Origin: Eledone cirrhosa
Lineage: Eukaryota
Length of the DNA: 64,000 nt
Direction of reading: 5' to 3'
Assembly: GCA_964016885.1 (NCBI GenBank)
Contig: OZ024741.1
Coordinates: forward strand, 256,308,001 to 256,372,000
The position numbers and the translations under genes are program-made. Below are positions 55,553 through 64,000 of the stretch, piece by piece. The notes below the pieces were generated by a model. It had not been told where the DNA came from. It did not search any database and saw only the letters and a program-made list of their open reading frames with translations. How positions within the stretch are numbered: position 1 is the first letter of the stretch; every line of letters begins with the position of its first letter.

Positions 55553-58500
55553 GTTTCGCTTTACGAGTGTTTCGACTTACGAGTGTTTCGACATACGAGT
55601 GTTTCGACTTACGAATGTTTTTGCTTACGGGTGTTTCGACTTACGAATGTTTTTGCTTACGAGTGTTTCGGTTTACGAGTGTTCCGACTTACGAGTGTTC
55701 CGACTTACGAGTGTTTCGGCTTACGAGTGTTTCCGGCTTACGAGTGTTTCAACTTACAAGTGTTCTGACTTACGAGTGTTCTGATTTACGGATGTTTCGA
55801 CACACGAGTGTTTCGAATTACGAGTGTTTCGACTTACGAGTGTTTTGACTTACGGGTGTTTTGACATACGAGTGTTTCGATACGAGTGTTTCGACTTACG
55901 ATTGTTCTGACTTACGAGTGTTCTGATTTATGGATGTTTCGACATACGAGTGTTTCGACTTACGAGTGTTTCGACTTATGAGTGTTTCGACTTACGAGTG
56001 TTTCGGCTTACGAGTGTTTCGACTTACGAGTGTTTTGACTTACGGTGTTTCGGCTTACGAGTGTTTCGACTTACGAGTGTTTTGACTTACGGGTGTTTTG
56101 ACATACGAGTGTTTCGATACGAGTGTTCTGACTTACGAGTGTTCTGACTTACGAGTGTTCTGATTTACGAGTGTTCTGATTTACGGATGTTTCGACATAC
56201 GAGTGTTTCGACTTACGAGTGTTTCGACTTATGAGTGTTTCGACTTACGAGTGTTTCGGCTTACGAGTGTTTCGACTTACGAGTGTTTTGACTTACGGTG
56301 TTTCGGCTTACGAGTGTTTCGACTTACGAGTGTTTTGACTTACGGGTGTTTTGACATACGAGTGTTTCGAAACGAGTGTTCTGACTTACGAGTGTTCTGA
56401 CTTACGAGTGTTTTGACTTACGAGTGTTCTGACTTACGGGTGTTTCGACTTACGAGTATGTTTGGCTTACGAGTGTTTCGACTTACGAGTGTTTTGACTT
56501 ACGAGTGTTCTGATTTACGGATGTTTCGACATACGAGTGTTTCGACTTACGAGTGTTTCGACTTATGAGTGTTTCGACTTACGAGTGTTTCGGCTTACGA
56601 GTGTTTCGACTTACGAGTGTTTTGACTTACGGTGTTTCGGCTTACGAGTGTTTCGACTTACGAGTGTTTTGACTTACGGGTGTTTTGACATACGAGTGTT
56701 TCGATACGAGTGTTCTGACTTACGAGTGTTCTGACTTACGAGTGTTTTGACTTACGAGTGTTCTGACTTACGAGTGTTCCGACTTACGAGTGTTCCGACT
56801 TACGAGTGTTTCGGCTTACGAGTGTTTCCGGCTTACGAGTGTTTCGACTTCCGAGTGTTTTGACTTACGGTGTTTCGGCTTACGAGTGATTCGACTTACG
56901 AGTGTTTTGACTTACGGGTGATTTGACTTACGGGTGTTGTGAATTACGAGTGTTCCGATTTACGAGTGTTTTGACTTACGGTGTTTCGGCTTACGAGTGA
57001 TTCGACTTACGAATGTTTTGACTTACGGGTGTTTCGGCTTGCGAGTGTTTCGACTTACGAGTGTTTCGGCTTATGGGTGTTTCGACTTACTAATGTTTTT
57101 ACTTACGAGTGTTTCGGCGTACGAGTGTTTTGACTTACGAGTGTTTCGACTTACGAGTGTTTCGACTTACGAGTGTTTCGGCTTACGTGAGTTTCGACTT
57201 AAGAGTGTTCTGATTTACGAGTGTTCTGACTTGCGGGTGTTCTGATTTACGAGTGTTCCGACTTACGAGTGTTTCGGCTTATTAGTGTTTCGACTTACGA
57301 GTGTTTCGGCTTACGAGTGTTTCGACTTATGGGTGTTTCGACTTACGAGTGTTTTTACTTACGGTGTTTCGGCTTACGAGTGTTTCGACATACGAGTGTT
57401 TTGACTTACGGGTGTTTCGACTTACGAGTGTTTTGACTTACGAATGTTTTGACTTACGGGTGTTTCGGCTTACGAGTGTTTCGACTTACGAGTGTTTCGG
57501 CTTACGAGTGTTTCGACTTACTAATGTTCTTACTTACGAGTGTTTCGGCGTACGAGAGTTTTGACTTACGAGTGTTTCGACTTACGAGTGTTTCGACTTA
57601 CGAGTGTTTTGACTTACGAATGTTTTGACTTACGGGTGTTTCGGCTGACGAGTGTTTCGACTTACGAGTCTTTCGGCTTACGAGTGTTTCGACTTACTAA
57701 TGTTTTTACTTACGAGTGTTTCGGCGTACGAGTGTTTCGACTTACGAGTGTTTCGACTTACGGGTGTTTTGACTTACGGGTGTTTCGGCTTACGAGTGTT
57801 TTGACTTAAGGGTGTTTCGACTTACGAGTATTTTTGGCTTACGAGTGTTTCGACTTACGAGTGTTTTGACTTACGAGTGTTCTGATTTACGGATGTTTCG
57901 ACATACGAGTGTTTCGACTTACGAGTGTTTCGACTTATGAGTGTTTCGACTTACGAGTGTTTCGACTTACGAGTGTTTCGACTTACGAGTGTTTCGACTT
58001 ACGAGTGTTTTGCCTTACGAATGTTTTGACTTACGGGTGTTTCGAATTACGAGTGTTTCGGCTTATGAGTGTTTCGACTTACGGGCGTTTCGACTTACGG
58101 GTGTTTCGACTTACGAGTGTTTTGGCTTACGAATGTTTTGACTTACGGGTGTTTCGAATTACGAGTGTTTCGGCTTATGAGTGTTTCGACTTACGGGCGT
58201 TTCGACTTACGGGTGTTTCGACTTACGAGTGTTTTGGCTTACGAGTGTTTCGACTTACTAATGTTTTTACTTACCAGTGTTTCGGTGTACGAATGTTTAG
58301 ACTTAAGGATGTTTCGACTTACGAGTGTTTCGACTTACGAGTGTTTCGGCTTACGTGAGTTTCGACTTACGAGTGTTTTTACTTACGGTGTTTCGGCTTA
58401 CGAGTGTTTCGACTTATGGGTGTTTCGACTTACGAGTGTTTTTACTTACGGTGTTTCGGCTTACGAGTGTTTCGACATACGAGTGTTTTGACTTACGGGT

Positions 58501-61500
58501 GTTTCGGCTTACGAGTGTTTCGACTGACGAGTGTTTCGGCTTACGAGTGTTTCGACTTACTAATGTTTTTACTTACGAGTGTTTCGGCGTACGAGAGTTT
58601 TGACTTACGAGTGTTTCGACTTACGAGTGATTTGATTTACGAATGTTTTGACTTACGGGTGTTTCGGCTTATGAGTGTTTCGACTTACGAGTCTTTCGGC
58701 TTACGAGTGTTTCGACTTACTAATGTTTTTACTTACGAGTGTTTCGGCGTACGAGTGTTTCGACTTACGAGTGTTTCGACTTACGGGTGTTTTGACTTAT
58801 GGGTGTTTCGGCTTACGAGTGTTTCGACTTACGAGTGTTTTGACTTACGGGTGTTTCGACTTACGAGTATTTTTGGCTTACGAGTGTTTCGACTTACGAG
58901 TGTTTTGACTTACGAGTGTTCTGATTTACGGATGTTTCGACATACGAATGTTTCGACTTACGAGTGTTTCGACTTATGAGTGTTTCGACTTACGAGTGTT
59001 TCGGCTTACGAGTGTTTTGACTTACGAGTGTTTTGACTTACGGTGTTTCGGCTTACGAGTGTTTCGACTTACGATTGTTTTGACTTACGGGTGTTTTGAC
59101 ATACGAGTGTTTCGATACGAGTGTTCTGACTTACGAGTGTTCTGACTTACGAGTGTTTTGACTTACGAGTGTTCTGACTTACGAGTGTTCCGACTTACGA
59201 GTGTTCCGACTTACGAGTGTTTCGGCTTACGAGTGTTTCCGGCCTACGAGTGTTTCGACTTCCGAGTGTTTTGACTTACGGTGTTTCGGCTTACGAGTGA
59301 TTCGACTTACGAGTGTTTTGACTTACGGGTGATTTGACTTACGGGTGTTGTGAATTACGAGTGTTCCGATTTACGAGTGTTTTGACTTACGGTGTTTCGG
59401 CTTGCGAGTGTTTCGACTTACGAGTGTTTCGGCTTATGGGTGTTTCGACTTACTAATGTTTTTACTTACGAGTGTTTCGGTGTACGAGTGTTTTGACTTA
59501 CGAGTGTTTCGACTTACGAGTGTTTCGACTTACGAGTGTTTCGGCTTACGTGAGTTTCGACTTAAGAGTGTTCTGATTTACGAGTGTTCTGACTTGCGGG
59601 TGTTCTGATTTACGAGTGTTCCGATTTACGAGTGTTTCGGCTTATTAGTGTTTCGACTTACGAGTGTTTCGGCTTACGAGTGTTTCGACTTATGGGTGTT
59701 TTGACTTACGAGTGTTTTTAATTACGGTGTTTCCGCTTACGAGTGTTTCGACATACGAGTGTTTTGACTTACGGGTGTTTCGACTACGAGTGTTTTGACT
59801 TATGAATGTTTTGACTTACGGGTGTTTCGGCTTACGAGTGTTTCGACTTACGAGTGTTTCGACTTACGAGTGTTTCGACTTACGGGTGTTTTGACTTACG
59901 GTTGTTTCGGCTTACGAGTGTTTTGACTTACGAGTGTTTTGACTTACGAGTGTTTTGACTTACGAGTGTTCTGATTTACGGATGTTTCGACATACGAGTG
60001 TTTCGACTTACGAGTGTTTCGACTTATGAGTGTTTCGACTTACGAGTGTTTCGGCTTATGAGTGTTTCGTCTTACGAGTGCTTCGGCTTACGAGTGTTTC
60101 GACTTACGAGTATTTCGGCTTACGAGTGTTTCGACGTACGAATGTTTTGGCTTACGAGTGTTTCGGCTTATGAGTGTTTCGGCTTACGAGTGTTTCGACT
60201 TACGAATGTTTCGGCTTACGAGTGTTTCAGTGTTTCGGCTTACGTGTGTTTCGACTTACGAGTGTTTCGACTTACGACTGTTTTGGCTTACGAGTGTTTC
60301 GGCTTACGAGTGTTTCGGCTTACGAGTGTTTTGACTTACGAGTGTTTTGAGTTACGATTGTTTGGCTTACGAGTGTTCTGACTTACGGGTGTTCTGACTT
60401 ACGAATGTTCCGACTTACGAGTGTTTCGGCTTATGAGGGTTTCGCCTTACGAGTGCTTCGGCTTACGAGTGTTTCGACTTACGAGTGTTTCGGCTTACGA
60501 GTGTTTCGACTTACGAGTGTTTCGACTTACGAGTGTTTTGACTTACGGTGTTTCGGCTTACGAGTGTTTCGACATACGAGTGTTTTGACGTACGGGTGTT
60601 TCGACTTACGGGTCTTTCGACTTAAGAGTGTTTCGACTTACGAGCGCTTCGACTTACGAGTGTTTCGACTTACGAGTGTTTCGGCGTATGAGTGTTTTGA
60701 CTTACGAGTGTTTCGACTTACGAGTGTTTCGACTTACGAGTGTTTCGAATTACGAGTGTTTCGACTTACGAGTGTTTTGACTTACGAGTGTTTTGACTTC
60801 GGTGTTTCTGCTTACGAGTGTTTCGACTTACGAGTGTTATGACTTACGGGTGTTTTCACATACGAGTGTTTCGACTTACGAGTGTTTTGACTTACGGGTG
60901 TTTTGACATACGAGTGTTTCGATACGAGTGTTCTGACTTACGAGTGTTCTGACTTACGAGTGTTCTGACTTACGAGTGTTTCGACATACGAGTGTTTTGA
61001 CTTACGGGTGTTTCGACTTACGAGTGTTTTCACTTACGAATGTTTTGACTTACGGGTGTTTCGGCTTACGAGTGTTTCGACTTACGAGTGTTTCGGCTTA
61101 CGAAGGTTTCGACTTACTAATATTTTTACTTACGAGTGTTTCGGCGTACGAGAGTTTTGACTTACGAGTGTTTCGACTTACGAGTGTTTCGACTTACGAG
61201 TATTTTGACTTACGAATGTTTTAACTTACGGGTGTTTCGGCTTACGAGTGTTTTGACTTACGAGTCTTTCGGCTTACGAGTGTTTCGACTTACTAATGTT
61301 TTTACTTACAAGTGTTTCGGCGTACGAGTGTTTCGACTTCCGAGTGTTTCGACTTACGGGTGTTTTGACTTACGGGTGTATCGGCTTACGAGTGTTTTGA
61401 CTTACGAGTGTTTTGACTTAAGGGTGTTTCGACGTACGAGGATTTTTGGCTTACGAGTGTTTCGACTTACGAGTGTTTTGACTTACGAGTGTTCTGATTT

Positions 61501-62171
61501 ACGGATGTTTCGACATACGAGTGTTTCGACTTACGAGTGTTTCGACTTATGAGTGTTTCGACTTACGAGTGTTTCGACTTACGAGTGTTTCGGCTTGTGA
61601 TTGTTTCGACTTACGAGTGTTTTGACTTACGGTGTTTCAGCTTACGAGTGTTTCGACTTACGAGTGTTTTGACTTACGGGTGTTTTGACATACGAGTGTT
61701 TCGATACGAGTGTTCTGACTTACGAGTGTTCTGACTTACGAGTGTTTTGACTTACGAGTGTTCTGACTTACGAGTGTTCCGACTTACGAGTGTTCCGACT
61801 TACGAGTGTTTCGGATTACGAGTGTTTTGACTGAAGGGTGTTTCGACTTACGAGTGTTTCGATACGAGTGTTTCGTCTTACGAGTGTTTCGGCTTACGAG
61901 TGTTTCGACTTACGAGTGTTTCGACTTACGAGTGTTCCGACTTACGGGTGTTTCGAGTTAGGAGTGTTTTGGCTTACGGTGTTTCGACTTACGAGTGTTT
62001 CGAGTTAAGAGTGTTTTTACTTACGAGTGTTCTGATTTACGAGTGTTCTGACTTACGAGTGTTCTGACTTACGAGTGTTCTGACTTACGAGTGTTCTGAC
62101 TTACGAGTGTTCCGACTTTACGAGTGATTCGGGTCACGAGTGTTTCGGCTTACGAGTGTTTCGACTTACGA

Positions 62172-62240
62172 AAATAACAAATAGACGCGGTTTCAAATCT
62201 CTATGCTTTTCAAATTCATTACATTAATCTTTATTTATAC
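62172..62240 (+). repeat. 69-bp element, copy 30
   Basis: Matches copy 1. Confidence 0.96.
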
Positions 62241-62987
62241 GTTTCGCTTTACGAGTGTTTCGACTTACGAGTGTTTCGACATACGAGTCTTTCGACTTAC
62301 GAATATTTTTGCTTACGGGTGTTTCGACTTACGAATGTTTTTGCTTACGAGTGTTTCGGTTTACGAGTGTTCCGACTTACGAGTGTTCCGACTTACGAGT
62401 GTCTCGGCTTACGAGTGTTTCCGGCTTACGAGTGTTTCAACTTACGAGTGTTCTGACTTACGAGTGTTCTGATTTACGGATGTTTCGACACACGAGTGTT
62501 TCGAATTACGAGTGTTTCGACTTACGAGTGTTTTGACTTACGGGTGTTTTGACATACGAGTGTTTCGATACGAGTGTTTCGACTTACGAGTGTTCTGACT
62601 TACGAGTGTTCTGACTTACGAGTGTTCTTACTTACGAGTGTTCCGACTTACGAGTGTTCCGACTTACGAGTGTTTCGGCATACGAGTGTTTCGGCTTACG
62701 AGTGTTTCGACTTACGAATGTTTCGACTTACGAGTGTTCCGACTTACGGGTGTTTCGACTTACGAGTGTTTTGGCTTACGGTGTTTCGGCTTACGAGTGT
62801 TTCGAGTTACGAGTGTTTTGACTTACACGTGTTTTGACATACGAGTGTTTCGATACGAGTGTTCTGACTTACGAGTGTTCTGACTTACGAGTGTTCTGAC
62901 TTACGAGTGTTCTGACTTACGAGTGTTCCGACTTTACGAGTGTTTCGGCTCACGAGTGTTTCGGCTTACGAGTGTTTCGACTTACGA

Positions 62988-63056
62988 AAATAACAAATAG
63001 ACGCGGTTTCAAATCTCTATGCTTTTCAAATTCATTACATTAATCTTTATTTATAC
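62988..63056 (+). repeat. 69-bp element, copy 31
   Basis: Matches copy 1. Confidence 0.96.
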
Positions 63057-64000
63057 GTTTCGCTTTACGAGTGTTTCGACTTACGAGTGTTTCGACATAC
63101 GAGTGTTTCGGCTTACGAGTGTTTTGATTTACGAGTGTTTTGACTTACGGGTGCTTCGACTTACGCGTGTTTCGACTTACGAGTGTTTCGACTTACGAGT
63201 GTTTCGACTTACGAGTGTTTCGGCTTACGAGTGTTTTGACTTACGAAGTTTTGACTTACGATTGTTTCAGCTTACGAGTGTTTCGACTTACGAGTGTTCT
63301 GACTACGAGTGTTCTGATTTACGGGTGTTCTGACTTACGAGTGTTCCGACTTACGAGTGTTTCGGCTTATGAGTGTTTCGACTTACGAGTGCTTCGACTT
63401 ACGAGTGTTTCGGCTTACGGGTGTTTCGACTTACGAATGTTTTTGCTTACGAGTGTTTCGGCTTACGAGTGTTTCGGCTTATGAGTGTTTCGACTTACGA
63501 GTGTTTTGACTTACGGGTGTTTTGACATACGAGTGTTTCGATACGATTGTTCTGACTTACGAGTGTTTCCGCTTACGAGTGTTTCGGCTTACGAGTATTT
63601 CGACTTAAGGATGTTTCGACTTACGAGTGTTTCGACTTACGAGTGTTTCGACTTACGAGTGTTTTGGCTTACGAATGTTTTGACTTACGGGTGTTTCGAC
63701 TTACGAGTGTTTCGACTTATGAGTGTTTCGACTTACGAGTGTTTCGGCTTATGAGTGTTTCGACTTACGAGTGCTTCGGCTTACGAGTGTTTCGACTTAC
63801 GAGTATTTCGGCTTAAGAGTGTTTCGACGTACGAATGTTTTGGCTTACGAGTGTTTCGGCTTATGAGTGTTTCGGCTTACGAGTGTTTCGACTTACGAGT
63901 GTTTCGGCTTACGAGTGTTTCAGTGTTTCGGCTTACGTGTGTTTCGACTTACGAGTGTTTCGACTTACGACTGTTTCGGCTTACGAGTGTTTCGGCTTAC

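Larger units (their letters stand above)
47034..59890 (+). repeat. Tandem higher-order duplication, about 6.4-6.5 kb unit (about 47034-53471 and 53472-59890)
   Basis: Landmark offsets of 6438 (47413/53851), 6517 (48998/55515) and 6501 (51408/57909, 52901/59402). Shared private variants include TTTCGTCGTACG, TTTCGAAACGAG and TTCCGGCCTACG. Confidence 0.9.
1..64000 (+). repeat. 16-bp tandem satellite array, consensus (GACTTACGAGTGTTTC)n, running past both window edges
   Basis: Continuous head-to-tail monomers in one orientation. Common variants: TTTCGGC, TTTTGAC, TTCTGAC, TTCCGAC, TACGGGT, TATGAG, GACATAC. No inversion seen. Confidence 0.99.
58200..64000 (+). repeat. Partial third copy of the block at about 10190-16300 (start of the 17.7-kb unit)
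   Basis: Offsets of 47971 (10977/58948) and 47827-47828 (12171/59998, 14375/62203, 15191/63019). Boundaries are approximate. Confidence 0.85.

Noticed and set aside
127-63056. CRISPR array interpretation
   Set aside because: There are no unique spacers and no cas genes. The 16-mers are contiguous, and the 69-bp elements are separated by kb-scale satellite.
158-63754. Hundreds of + strand ORFs encoding LRVFRLTSVSTYECFD repeats (up to 325 aa)
   Set aside because: They are a consequence of a stop-free 16-bp consensus that reads the same in all three frames. Frequent TGA-creating variants and 14/15/17-bp monomers break frames at random, so there is no sign of coding constraint.
1-64000. Telomerase-synthesised telomere repeat
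   Set aside because: The consensus has no G-runs. The many heritable variants are copied in multi-kb blocks with linkers, which indicates recombinational amplification and not templated addition.
1-64000. Canonical CENP-B boxes
   Set aside because: The spacing between A and CGGG is 2 nt short of TTCG-N4-A-N2-CGGG. Kept only as a resemblance under findings.
1-64000. Absence of minus-strand ORFs as evidence of a coding strand
   Set aside because: The reverse-complement monomer GAAACACTCGTAAGTC contains TAA, which hits each frame every 48 bp.
1-64000. Pure sequencing or assembly artefact
   Set aside because: The variants are reproducible and hierarchically shared, and the copies differ by distinct SNPs and indels, as expected of a real evolving array. 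Exact copy numbers still need read support.

Overview
The whole 64 kb window is one satellite DNA array, and no genes can be supported. The basic monomer is 16 bp, consensus GACTTACGAGTGTTTC (about 44% GC, two CpGs, T/G-rich + strand), head-to-tail in one orientation, roughly 3,900 copies. It is interrupted 31 times by a near-invariant 69-bp AT-rich element (about 25% GC). The element always sits at the same phase of the monomer, in the same orientation, inside a stereotyped run of variant monomers. Variant monomers work as barcodes and show nested higher-order duplications: 0.2-0.4 kb, about 3.0 kb, about 6.5 kb, and a tandem of about 17.7-18.1 kb with a partial third copy at the window end. 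All listed ORFs are artefacts. The consensus has no stop on the + strand, so it reads LRVFRLTSVSTYECFD in every frame, while the - strand has TAA in every monomer. The architecture fits eukaryotic heterochromatic (centromeric, pericentromeric or subtelomeric) satellite. The organism and function cannot be determined from the sequence.
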